From Candidatus Saccharimonadota bacterium (GTDB lineage: Bacteria; Patescibacteriota; Saccharimonadia; Saccharimonadales; Saccharimonadaceae), in the NCBI GenBank assembly GCA_037138815.1, contig JBAXHQ010000001.1, forward strand, positions 35,407 through 99,406: DNA of 64,000 nucleotides. The letters run 5' to 3'. The position numbers were made by a program, and so were the translations under genes. The notes under the pieces are model-generated. The model did no database searches. It had not been told where the DNA came from and was given only the letters and a program-made list of their open reading frames with translations. Positions 38,272 to 47,442 of this stretch are shown here, in pieces. The first letter of the stretch is position 1. Every line of letters begins with the position of its first letter.

Positions 38272-39168
38272 ATGAGTAAAGAACATCCACCACACAATCC
38301 ATTACATGTTCCAGTCTTGTTAGAATCGACAGTTAGGCTGCTAGATCCAAAGTTGGGCGAGAGATATCTCGATCTGACTGCCGGGTATGGTGGCCACGCT
38401 GAGAGAATTCTATCTATAACTGGTAATTATGCCGAGTCTATCTTAGTTGACCGTGACGATTACGCCATCGAGCGTTTAGCGCCATTATCAGCAAAAGGGG
38501 CAAAGCTAATGCACACCGATTTTGTGACAGCTGCAAAACAGCTAGCAAAAGAGGGGCAGAAATTTGACATGGTACTGATTGATTTGGGGGTGTCATCACC
38601 ACAACTCGATCAGAGTGAGCGAGGGTTTTCTTTTACAAATAGTGGTCCGCTAGATATGCGTATGGATCGACGTCAGGAAAAGAGCGCTAAAACGCTGGTT
38701 AATACTGCTTCGACCGAAGAATTAACGCATATCATTAACCAATACGGTGAAGAGCCGATTGGGCTATCGAGAACGATTGCAAAAACAATCGTCGCCAGTA
38801 GACCACTGTCTGAAACGAGCGAACTCGCCGATCTGATAAAACATGTATATCGTGGTAAATGGAAAAAAATCCATCCAGCCACTCGCACCTTTCAAGCACT
38901 CCGGATTGCAGTCAACGATGAGCTACGGCAAATCGAAGACTTGTTACCAAATTTGCCTCGCCTGCTAAAAGCGGGCGGGCGAGTTGGTATCATTAGCTTT
39001 CACAGCCTCGAAGACCGTATCGTCAAACGCTATCTAAAAGAGCAGTTTGATTCCGGCTACGAAGCTGAACTGTCGCCATTGTCCAAAAAGCTAATTGTCG
39101 GGAGTATCGATGATGTTCACAACCCGCGTGCACGCAGCAGTAAGCTACGTGTCGCAGTGAAAAAATAA
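38272..39168 (+). CDS. rsmH: 16S rRNA (cytosine1402-N4)-methyltransferase
   Basis: HVPVLL.E......YLDLTAGYGGHA, DLGVSS.QLD and FHSLEDRIVK motifs. Confidence 0.92.
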   Translation: MSKEHPPHNPLHVPVLLESTVRLLDPKLGERYLDLTAGYGGHAERILSITGNYAESILVDRDDYAIERLAPLSAKGAKLMHTDFVTAAKQLAKEGQKFDMVLIDLGVSSPQLDQSERGFSFTNSGPLDMRMDRRQEKSAKTLVNTASTEELTHIINQYGEEPIGLSRTIAKTIVASRPLSETSELADLIKHVYRGKWKKIHPATRTFQALRIAVNDELRQIEDLLPNLPRLLKAGGRVGIISFHSLEDRIVKRYLKEQFDSGYEAELSPLSKKLIVGSIDDVHNPRARSSKLRVAVKK

Positions 39169-39338
39169 AACAAACAAAAACGGGAAAGGGCAAAACACCA
39201 TGCCAGTCCACATATCAGTACAGTACGCAGACATCGCTCAAGTAGTGACTGTTCGCGTAAAGTAAAAATTTTTATAACTCCGCCCATATTCTGTGGGCGG
39301 AGTACCAAAATAAACATAAACAGAAAAAATCCACCATA

Positions 39339-39686
39339 ATGTCTTATCAACGTACCCAAACTTTTAATAGTCGACGTCAACAAAATTGGTCTCGTAACCA
39401 AAACACTGTTGCTTTTACTTCAACTGTCAAACTTGGCCCTGTAACTCATACGGTTATAATTGCCCTTATGATTACCGTACTTGGCTTGATATATTTGACA
39501 CAGGCTACGCGTGCAACGAGTTATGATTATGCGACTCAAAAAGTCGACAGCCAAATTGCGGAATTAAACTCTCAAAAAAGTGATTTAGAGGTTGAAAACG
39601 CGCGATTAACTGCGCTCGAGACAGTCAAAAACAGCAATGTTGCCTCGACGATGACAACACCAGCTTCGACTCAATACGCTCAATAG
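39339..39686 (+). CDS. ftsL: FtsL-like cell division protein
   Basis: 115 aa with one TM helix followed by a short coiled coil (IAELNSQKSDLEVENARL). It lies between rsmH and ftsI. Confidence 0.5.
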   Translation: MSYQRTQTFNSRRQQNWSRNQNTVAFTSTVKLGPVTHTVIIALMITVLGLIYLTQATRATSYDYATQKVDSQIAELNSQKSDLEVENARLTALETVKNSNVASTMTTPASTQYAQ

Positions 39687-39694
39687 CAAATTAT

Positions 39695-41431
39695 ATGAAC
39701 TTAGAATTACAAAAAGGCAGTCGTTCCAAAATCTTAGCGGCCATATTACTCGGTATTATGGCTGTCTTTGTTGTTAGATTATTCTATTTACAGATAATCC
39801 AACATGGTTATTATGTTGGCAAGGCTAACCAGGAACAGATAAAGCGGTTAACTATTCCGGCTAAACGCGGTGTTATATATGCCTTGAACGATCAAACACC
39901 AGTGCCCATCGTTATGAACCAGACAGTATATACGGTGTTTGCGGATCCTCAGACGACGAATGATGATAATAAAATTATTGATGTAATCCGACAAGTCGCT
40001 GGTGGAAATGCCAGGTCTAATCTGAAAGCCTTGCTTAGTAACAAAGATAGCCGCTATCAAATTCTAGCAACCAGGATAACACGGGTTCAGGCTGATAAAA
40101 TAAAGAGTAATAATCTCAAGGGTATTGGTTTCCAAGAACAATCTCAACGAGTATACCCCGAAGGATCGTTAGCAGCCCAAACCTTGGGTTTTGTTGATTT
40201 TAGCGGAGCTGGTCGTTATGGTATCGAGAGCGAGTTAAATAGTCGATTAATTGGTACGGATGGTTTATTGCAATCAGTAACTGATGTTAGTGATGTGCCG
40301 CTGACGATTGGTAATAACAATATAAATAAACCAGCTGTCGATGGCGATAATATTGTCCTTAGTATCGACAGTAATGTACAATCACGTGTCGAACAAGCTT
40401 TGGCGGATGGTTTAAAACGTACAGGTGCAACCAGGGGTAGTGCAATTGTCATTAATCCTAGTAATGGTAGGGTAATGGCGATGGCTAATTTGCCGACTTA
40501 TGATCCATCTAAATTTAATGAAGTTCAGGATGCAGCCGCTTTTAATAACGGGGTTGTTTCGGCGCCATATGAACCAGGTTCGGATATGAAGACGCTCACG
40601 ATGGCAACAGGTATCGATAAAGGGGTGGTCACGCCTGATGCTACCTATGTTAATACTGACCATATCCAAGTTGACGATAGAACAATATCAAACGCGGCAT
40701 TAGGCCATACTGGGACTATAAGTTTTCAATATGCCCTTAACTGGTCACTTAACACGGGGTTTGTGACGGTTGCTGAACGTTTGGGTGATGGGCAAAGTAT
40801 AAATCTAAAGGCGCGACAAACAATGTATGATTATTTTTATAACCGATTTAAATTAGGGCAATTAACAGGTATAGAAGTAGCTGGCGAGGCTGAAGGTACA
40901 ATTATACCGCCGGAATCTGCCGATGGTAACGCCGTTAGGTACTCTAATATGGCATTCGGCCAGGGTTTGGATGTAACTATGATACAAGTCGCATCGGCAT
41001 TTTGTTCACTAGTAAATGGTGGAAAATATTATAAACCAACAGTCTTAGCTGGTGTTGTGGATAAAAATGGTAAGTATATTGAAAACAAGATAACCACGCC
41101 ATCTAACCCGATTGCAAAATCAACAGCTGATCAAATGCGGGTCATGACCCATGTAGCTAGAGGCATGTTTATTGGTGTCGACCCAGCTGGATATTATATT
41201 GGTGGTAAAACTGGTACTTCGCAGGTTATTAAAAACGGGACTTATACTAGCGACGAAACAGTTGCTACATATTTAGGTTATGGTGGTAGTGAAGATTTAA
41301 CCAGGTATGTCATAATGGTACAGGTATCGGGCGACCACAAAGCGCTTGCTGGTAATACCGATGCTTTGCCGATATTTACAGATATATCGAACTGGATGCT
41401 TAATTATTTAGAAATACAACCGAAGGGGTAA
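39695..41431 (+). CDS. ftsI: Penicillin-binding protein, class B transpeptidase (FtsI)
   Basis: N-terminal TM helix, a dimerisation domain, and the SDMK (SxxK), SNA (SxN) and KTGT motifs. Confidence 0.88.
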   Translation: MNLELQKGSRSKILAAILLGIMAVFVVRLFYLQIIQHGYYVGKANQEQIKRLTIPAKRGVIYALNDQTPVPIVMNQTVYTVFADPQTTNDDNKIIDVIRQVAGGNARSNLKALLSNKDSRYQILATRITRVQADKIKSNNLKGIGFQEQSQRVYPEGSLAAQTLGFVDFSGAGRYGIESELNSRLIGTDGLLQSVTDVSDVPLTIGNNNINKPAVDGDNIVLSIDSNVQSRVEQALADGLKRTGATRGSAIVINPSNGRVMAMANLPTYDPSKFNEVQDAAAFNNGVVSAPYEPGSDMKTLTMATGIDKGVVTPDATYVNTDHIQVDDRTISNAALGHTGTISFQYALNWSLNTGFVTVAERLGDGQSINLKARQTMYDYFYNRFKLGQLTGIEVAGEAEGTIIPPESADGNAVRYSNMAFGQGLDVTMIQVASAFCSLVNGGKYYKPTVLAGVVDKNGKYIENKITTPSNPIAKSTADQMRVMTHVARGMFIGVDPAGYYIGGKTGTSQVIKNGTYTSDETVATYLGYGGSEDLTRYVIMVQVSGDHKALAGNTDALPIFTDISNWMLNYLEIQPKG

Positions 41432-41434
41432 GAT

Positions 41435-42469
41435 ATGGAACAGACGATCAGCAATTTAACTCATGAATTAACCGGTAATTTCACATTAAGTATGGGTGCT
41501 TTTTTGATAGCGATGCTATTGACCCCAGTATTTACATTTATGGCCTATAGGTATAAATTTTGGAAAAAACAACGAACAACTAGTACTACTGGCGAAAAAC
41601 TAGAGGTGTTTAATAAATTGCACGCTGATAAATTCAAGCGCAATATTCCAACGATGGCGGGTATTATATTTGTGATTGCCATTACAGTTATAACTTTCGC
41701 TTTCAATCTAAACAGGGGCCAAACATGGCTACCGTTAGCCGCGCTTATTTGCGGTGGGTTTGTGGGTATATTGGATGATATTATTAATGTTCGCGGTAAC
41801 GGTGATGGTGTTGCCGGGCTACGTTCTGGTATAAAGTTTGTTATGATCACGGCTATTGGGTTAGTTTTGGGCTGGTTCTTTTTTGCTAAGCTTGGTGCTA
41901 CGGCGATTCACATACCATTCTTTGGTGATTGGATATTAGGGATGGCAATTATTCCGCTATTTGCCTTTGCAGTGGTCGCTACTAGCAACGCGGTTAATAT
42001 AAGTGACGGTTTGGATGGTTTGGCTGGTGGTTTACTGGCTATTAGTTTTGGTGCATTCGGTATTATTGCACTGTTTCAGGCCCAAATTATGCTGTCTGGG
42101 TTTTGTTTCACGGTAGTCGGCGCGTTACTTAGTTATTTATGGTTTAATGTTTATCCAGCGCGCTTTTTTATGGGTGATGTAGGCAGCTTTGCTCTGGGAA
42201 CTTCACTAGGTGTAGTGGCGATGCTAACAAATACATTATTCCTATTACCGATAATTGGGATAGTCTTTGTGGTCGAAGCTGGTTCTAGTCTGATACAAAT
42301 TCTAAGTAAGCGCATATTTCATAAGCGCATATTCATTTCAGCTCCATTTCATCAACACCTCGAGGCATCTGGTTGGCCAGAGACAAAGGTAACTATGCGT
42401 TTTTGGATAATCGCCATTGTGGCAGCTTTTATGGGTATATTGTTAGCCTTGGCCGGGGGTAGTATTTAA
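41435..42469 (+). CDS. mraY: Phospho-N-acetylmuramoyl-pentapeptide transferase
   Basis: GILDDIINVRG, NAVNISDGLDGLA and MGDVGS motifs in a 10-TM protein. Confidence 0.93.
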   Translation: MEQTISNLTHELTGNFTLSMGAFLIAMLLTPVFTFMAYRYKFWKKQRTTSTTGEKLEVFNKLHADKFKRNIPTMAGIIFVIAITVITFAFNLNRGQTWLPLAALICGGFVGILDDIINVRGNGDGVAGLRSGIKFVMITAIGLVLGWFFFAKLGATAIHIPFFGDWILGMAIIPLFAFAVVATSNAVNISDGLDGLAGGLLAISFGAFGIIALFQAQIMLSGFCFTVVGALLSYLWFNVYPARFFMGDVGSFALGTSLGVVAMLTNTLFLLPIIGIVFVVEAGSSLIQILSKRIFHKRIFISAPFHQHLEASGWPETKVTMRFWIIAIVAAFMGILLALAGGSI

Positions 42470-42470
42470 A

Positions 42471-43784
42471 GTGTCTGCAACTAGCAATAAAGGGTACGTA
42501 GCGACTATATCCGAGCAAGCTCAGTTTGCTGATATGACATCGGTTCGTCGTCATCGTCCTGATTATCTAGTTGTTTTGTTTATGGGGCTATTGATGCTCT
42601 TAGGACTGGTTGTGATGTATGCTATAGGGCCTCAACGAGCTAATGTGCTCAATAATGCCTATGGCAGCAGCTATAGCGATACTTATTTTTTTGTTAAGCA
42701 GTCGATTAGTTTATTACTGGCTTTGTTGACGTTTATTATTATGGCTTTTGTGCCTTATACCTCAATCACTAAGCACGCAGGTAGGATATTATGGGTTGCG
42801 CTAGGGGCCTGTGCGTTATTGGCTGTTTCTGGCTGGTTACATCTAGGGATTGCTCAGCAATCTTTGGGTGCGACACGGTGGTTTAATCTAGGGGCTTTCG
42901 GAAGCCTGCAGCCAGCCGAGATGTTAAAGTTCGCTATTCTGGTATTTACGGCTGGTTTCTTAGGTGGTAAAGCCAGACAAGGTAAATTAAATGATATCCA
43001 CGAAACGTTAATACCACTGGCAGTAATTACTGCTATTGCCATGCTATTTATCGTCGTAATTCAAAAAGATCTAGGTACAGGAGCATCGCTCGTTGGTATT
43101 ATCATATCGATGTTATTTGTGGGCGGTATTAATAAACGAAACGGTGGTCTTATTTTAGCTGCAATTGCAGTTGTCGGAGCAGTATTAATAATTAGTGCGC
43201 CACATCGTGTCGACCGTATTATGACGTATCTCAAAGGTGACAACACCTCGACTAGCGATGATAGTAGCTATCAGATAGAACACGCTAAATTAGCAATTGG
43301 TAGTGGTGGACTGTTCGGAGTTGGTATAGGCAATAGTGTCCAAGCAACTGGTTATCTGCCAGAGGCAATCAATGATTCGGTATTTGCGATCATGGGTGAG
43401 ACTTTTGGGTTTGTGGGGCTTATGACTATATTGGCATTGTTCGTGGCGTTAATGATACGTCTGCTTAAAATTATGGATCATTTAGTCGATATTAGATTGA
43501 AATTATTAACAGCGGGCGTGTTTGGTTGGTTTGGCTCTCATGTTATTCTAAATGTAGCATCAATGGTTGGTATTTTTCCGCTAACTGGTATTACTTTACC
43601 GTTACTCAGTTTTGGTGGAACTAGTATGCTATTTATCACTGCTGCCCTCGGAATAATATTTCAGTTGTCGCGCTATACCGTTCATTCGTCAAAATTAAAG
43701 GAGGTAAGCTATGAAAATCTTAGTAGTAGGCGGGGGATCGGGCGGTCACGTCACTCCGGTCGTAGCGGTTTTACGCGAAATTAA
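42471..43784 (+). CDS. ftsW: SEDS family peptidoglycan polymerase FtsW
   Basis: GTG start, a polytopic SEDS pattern (..QPAE..K......LP...TDSVFA..GE..G) and dcw context. The tail overlaps murG by 74 nt. Confidence 0.85.
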   Translation: MSATSNKGYVATISEQAQFADMTSVRRHRPDYLVVLFMGLLMLLGLVVMYAIGPQRANVLNNAYGSSYSDTYFFVKQSISLLLALLTFIIMAFVPYTSITKHAGRILWVALGACALLAVSGWLHLGIAQQSLGATRWFNLGAFGSLQPAEMLKFAILVFTAGFLGGKARQGKLNDIHETLIPLAVITAIAMLFIVVIQKDLGTGASLVGIIISMLFVGGINKRNGGLILAAIAVVGAVLIISAPHRVDRIMTYLKGDNTSTSDDSSYQIEHAKLAIGSGGLFGVGIGNSVQATGYLPEAINDSVFAIMGETFGFVGLMTILALFVALMIRLLKIMDHLVDIRLKLLTAGVFGWFGSHVILNVASMVGIFPLTGITLPLLSFGGTSMLFITAALGIIFQLSRYTVHSSKLKEVSYENLSSRRGIGRSRHSGRSGFTRN

Positions 43785-44862
43785 AAAAGCTAACCCAAGG
43801 TCTAATATACGATTTTGGTGTGATTATAAATTTGCCGAACAAGCTCGTGAAATAATGGGGCATTTCGACAAGAGTATCCCTGTTCAGGTTATAGTTGCTG
43901 GTAAACTTCGTCGTTATCATCATCTGTCGGTTATGCGCCAGTTATTGTGGCCATCCCTGGTGCTGCATAATATTTTTGATAGTTTTCTGGTTGGTGTTGG
44001 CTTCTTGCAGAGCTTAGCAAAACTAATTGTCTGGCGACCGAATGTCGTATTTACTAAGGGTGGCTATGTTTGCTTGCCAGTTGGCATTGCGGCACGGATT
44101 TTACGTATTTCGTTAGTAATTCATGATTCTGATGCTCACCCAGGTTTAACTAATATAATTCTAAGCAAATGGGCAACTAAAATCGCCACCGGTGCGCCTC
44201 TGGAGTATTATCCATATCCAGCTAGCAAGTCTAAATATGTCGGTATCCCAATATCAGCTGATTTCCATGAATTTACTAATGATGAACGCCTAGCTGCCAG
44301 AAAGCAGTGGGGAATCAGTCAGGATTATCCATTGATCGTTGTAACCGGTGGTGGGCTAGGGGCTCAGCGCATAAATGATACTATAGCCCTAGAACTCGAT
44401 GATTTATTGAAATTAGGCTCGCTAGTGCTGATATCTGGGACAGGGCGATATGACGAACTGAGGTCCATAACTCCACCAAATAACGACAGATTCCAGCTCC
44501 ACTCATTTATATCCAAAGATATGGCCACGTTATTAGGGGCTGCTGATGTAGTAGTAGCCAGGGCTGGTGCGACAACTATTTTGGAATTAGCAGCTTTAGC
44601 TAGACCAACTATCTTAGTACCTAACGCTAAATTAACTGGGGGACATCAACTAAAGAATGCAGCGGTTTATCAAAAGGCCGAAGCGGCTGTTGTAATAAAT
44701 GAGGAAGAAATGATAGTTAATCCCAAAATATTACTATCGGCGATTAAGGATGTGCTATCTAACCCCGATAGATCTAATAAAATGGCACAATCGTTTGCAA
44801 AATTTACTCGCCCAGATGCTGCGCGCGATGTTGCTGATATGATAATTTCTAGCGCTAAATAG
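43711..44862 (+). CDS. murG: UDP-GlcNAc:lipid I GlcNAc transferase
   Basis: MKILVVGGGSGGHVTP and the C-terminal ARAGATTILELA motif. A strong AAGGAGG lies upstream. Confidence 0.9.
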   Translation: MKILVVGGGSGGHVTPVVAVLREIKKANPRSNIRFWCDYKFAEQAREIMGHFDKSIPVQVIVAGKLRRYHHLSVMRQLLWPSLVLHNIFDSFLVGVGFLQSLAKLIVWRPNVVFTKGGYVCLPVGIAARILRISLVIHDSDAHPGLTNIILSKWATKIATGAPLEYYPYPASKSKYVGIPISADFHEFTNDERLAARKQWGISQDYPLIVVTGGGLGAQRINDTIALELDDLLKLGSLVLISGTGRYDELRSITPPNNDRFQLHSFISKDMATLLGAADVVVARAGATTILELAALARPTILVPNAKLTGGHQLKNAAVYQKAEAAVVINEEEMIVNPKILLSAIKDVLSNPDRSNKMAQSFAKFTRPDAARDVADMIISSAK

Positions 44863-44883
44863 ACTATAATAAACATTAGTGAT

Positions 44884-45825
44884 ATGAGTCTGTTTAATTT
44901 TAATAAAAAACAACCTGATATTCCCAAACGTAGGTTGTCTGGGGATGTGTCGCGTGTACCGGCTGTTGCCACGTCGGGTGTTTTTAGGCGTAATCGTACA
45001 CTCACTGGGACTACCTCTAACCGTCTAGATAGTGTTAGTGCCAAATCTGATTTAGAATCAACCAGAACTCGCGTTCATCATTTAACTATTCAACGTCGCA
45101 AGATCGGTAGTATTTTCTCGATAATATTACTGGCTAGCATTCTCATTTGGACTTTGGTTAATAATTTTACTGCTACAGCCGTAGTGAGTGTGTCCGATAC
45201 TAATATATCTAGACATATCAACGCTTTGACTTATGAAAAAGCCATCCAAGATTATCTAGACGGTAATCCTATCAGTCGGTTGTCCTTTCTGGTTGATCAA
45301 TCATCGCTTACTGCTTATGTGTCAAATAAACTGCCAGAGGTTAAAAATATAGTTACTAGGGGCTCTGCGGGTGTTGGTTCGACTAATTTCGTTATTACTA
45401 TGCGTACACCAGTGGCCGGTTGGAAAATAAACGACAAACAATACTATGTTGATTCAGAAGGTATACCGTTCGAACAAAATTACTTTTCTGCGCCGTCTGT
45501 TCAGATAGTAGACGATAGTGGTATATCACTTCAAACGGGTACGACAGCGATTGCTAGTAAGCGATTTCTTAGCTTTGTAGGTCGGGTTGTATCCTTATCA
45601 AGAGCTAGCGGCTACACTGTCGTCCAGGCAATTTTGCCATCTGGTACAACTCGTGAATTAGAAGTAAAACTAAAAGAGAGCAGCTCTCTGGTAAAATTAT
45701 CAATTGATCGGCCAGCAGGGGAGCAAGTAGAGGATATGGCTAGGGCAATACGATATTTTACTAGCCATAGCCAATCGCCGCAGTATATAGATATACGTGT
45801 CAGCGGCAAGGCTTTTTATCGTTAA
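44884..45825 (+). CDS. ftsQ: FtsQ/DivIB-like cell division protein
   Basis: A cytoplasmic basic N-terminus, a single TM helix, then a POTRA-like extracytoplasmic domain. It lies after murG. Confidence 0.55.
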   Translation: MSLFNFNKKQPDIPKRRLSGDVSRVPAVATSGVFRRNRTLTGTTSNRLDSVSAKSDLESTRTRVHHLTIQRRKIGSIFSIILLASILIWTLVNNFTATAVVSVSDTNISRHINALTYEKAIQDYLDGNPISRLSFLVDQSSLTAYVSNKLPEVKNIVTRGSAGVGSTNFVITMRTPVAGWKINDKQYYVDSEGIPFEQNYFSAPSVQIVDDSGISLQTGTTAIASKRFLSFVGRVVSLSRASGYTVVQAILPSGTTRELEVKLKESSSLVKLSIDRPAGEQVEDMARAIRYFTSHSQSPQYIDIRVSGKAFYR

Positions 45826-45855
45826 CTCCACGATAGAATAGGGCTACACCCCGCT

Positions 45856-45873
45856 ACGTTTATAGTGTTCTAT
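45856..45873 (+). repeat. 18-bp direct repeat copy 1 (TGTTCTA-TATT-TGTTCTA)
   Basis: It is identical to 46507-46524. Internally it is a 7-4-7 direct repeat. Confidence 0.85.
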
Positions 45874-46412
45874 ATTTGTTCTAGTTTTTATTATTTACGC
45901 AATTATTTAAAAAAGTATATTTTAATACAAAAATACAAAAAAGCAAATATGCGGAGTAGAGTGAGGATAGTGTAGTGCTTCTTTTAAAATAAAATGTTTC
46001 TGTGGAAAACTCTAATAATGGCGGATCGTTAGTGTAATATAAACAATAGTGCGACACTTGATAGTACGCTTACGTCATTAGATAGTGTGATTAGTATAAT
46101 ATCAATCATAGAAACACTGGTGTGATGATAAATACACATAGTGCAATATGCCCATCCCCCTATTATAAGGGAATGGCACTACTTATGGGTCATCTGAAAA
46201 GGTATTACTAGTCATCTACCTAACATATACCTAGTGTCGTAAAAGATATATTGTGCGACGTTAAGTCTATGTATGAAACATGATTAACAATAAGTCTGCT
46301 TTTTGTTGATTTGTCGCCCAATCGTTCTGCTGCTGTCCTGTCTATGTATTGCTACTGCCGACGTTCATATTGCAATTGTTTCTATATAAATTTCCTTGTT
46401 ATTTTTTTGATT

Positions 46413-46439
46413 TATAAATATTATAAATATTATAAAATG
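46413..46439. repeat. AT-only tandem 9-mers
   Basis: TATAAATAT TATAAATAT TATAAAATG. Confidence 0.8.
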
Positions 46440-46506
46440 TTGATATTTGGGCCGACCCATAGTATTTCCTGTAAATCTCAAATCGTGATTTTGATAACAT
46501 AATTAA

Positions 46507-46524
46507 TGTTCTATATTTGTTCTA
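46507..46524 (+). repeat. 18-bp direct repeat copy 2 (TGTTCTA-TATT-TGTTCTA)
   Basis: It is identical to 45856-45873 and lies inside a dif-like 28-mer (46492-46519). Confidence 0.85.
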
Positions 46525-46533
46525 ACTACATTA

Positions 46534-46566
46534 CAAAAAAATAGGACACATGGCGTACATGTGCCC
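46534..46566 (-). terminator. Intrinsic terminator of the - strand operon
   Basis: The - strand reads GGGCACATG-TACGC-CATGTGTCC followed by TATTTTTTTT. It lies 30 nt after the stop of 46596-47342. Confidence 0.72.
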
Positions 46567-46595
46567 TTAGGGGCGTTATCTCTATACTACATCAC

Positions 46596-47342
46596 TTATA
46601 GATCACCTATTACTTTTGCTAGTGTTTCATGCAATGTTATTCCTCCGGCTGGTATTGGGAATTTTACAAAGCCATGACGACCATCGTAGATTCCTACTAT
46701 ATTACCATCATTGTTGATAACAAAAGTAGCAAAACCAGTATCACCACCTCTGAACCAATCTTCGTTGTGTAGAATTACTAGGTCTGTTTTTTCATCAGAT
46801 AGATCCCATATAATGACCGATTCCATGCACTTATTTTTCTGATTAAAAAAATAATCGACATCTTTTATAGTTCCACATCCCCTGACATTTTGGACTGTTA
46901 TATCCCAGTTCTTGATATTTCTATCAACATCTCGTCTAAGGTTCATTGGCACTAACCTTTCGGTTTCGTCTGATTTGAGAACTACTAATTCTTCAACAAC
47001 GGCTTCTCGTATTGCTGTATCGCGTAAGCTATTGCCTTCGCTAAATTTAGCAACACCGCCTGGCATTTTTAGCCAATTGTAACGTTCATCAAAGAGAGTG
47101 ACGTATCCATTCTTTGTTTTTAACAATAATACACCGCCGCCTCTCCATAGTCCTGTTGGTGCCGTTCTTTCGAATACCGAGTTATCTTTGAGTACATAAT
47201 CCTTTATCCAAAAAATATCTTCACTACCTATTGGCTGATAATATACGGGGATCTGTTCACCTTTGGACCGATCTGCAACACTATTGAGGTAATCACGAAA
47301 TTCCAATGGAATATCGTTTAATGTGGTCTCTAAAAATTTCAT
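46596..47342 (-). CDS. Hypothetical protein with Nudix-like segment
   Basis: 248 aa. ...VLLLKT.NGYVTLFDERYNWLKMPGGVAKFSEGNSLRDTAIREAVVEELVV resembles a Nudix box, but the spacing is off by 2+1 residues. Confidence 0.4.
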   Translation of the reverse strand: MKFLETTLNDIPLEFRDYLNSVADRSKGEQIPVYYQPIGSEDIFWIKDYVLKDNSVFERTAPTGLWRGGGVLLLKTKNGYVTLFDERYNWLKMPGGVAKFSEGNSLRDTAIREAVVEELVVLKSDETERLVPMNLRRDVDRNIKNWDITVQNVRGCGTIKDVDYFFNQKNKCMESVIIWDLSDEKTDLVILHNEDWFRGGDTGFATFVINNDGNIVGIYDGRHGFVKFPIPAGGITLHETLAKVIGDL

Positions 47343-47442
47343 AGAGACGCCTCCTTGAAAAGTACTCTTAGCAAAATACTAAGGCTGTGAAATAATACTA
47401 CATTTAAGCATAAATGTCAATAGCGGCAAGTGATTCACTGTA

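Noticed and set aside
43711-43784. The 74-nt ftsW/murG overlap might signal a frameshift or a mis-called stop.
   Set aside because: The murG start has a perfect AAGGAGG SD and the canonical MKILVVGGGSGGH N-terminus. The ftsW tail is a basic, disordered extension (RRGIGRSRHSGRSG). Both frames look intact, so it is probably a genuine overlap.
46311-46502. A 63-aa TTG ORF in the non-coding gap.
   Set aside because: It has a TTG start without an SD. The Y/C/K/I-rich low-complexity translation derives from AT-rich tandem repeats.
45826-46595. The convergent strand switch might be the replication terminus, or alternatively the AT-rich repeats plus DnaA-like 9-mer might be oriC.
   Set aside because: My hand tallies show + strand G at or above C on both sides, so there is no obvious skew sign change. 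No dnaA, dnaN or parAB genes are nearby, and the only DnaA-box-like 9-mer has a mismatch. I kept it as a low-confidence alternative inside the findings rather than calling it a feature.
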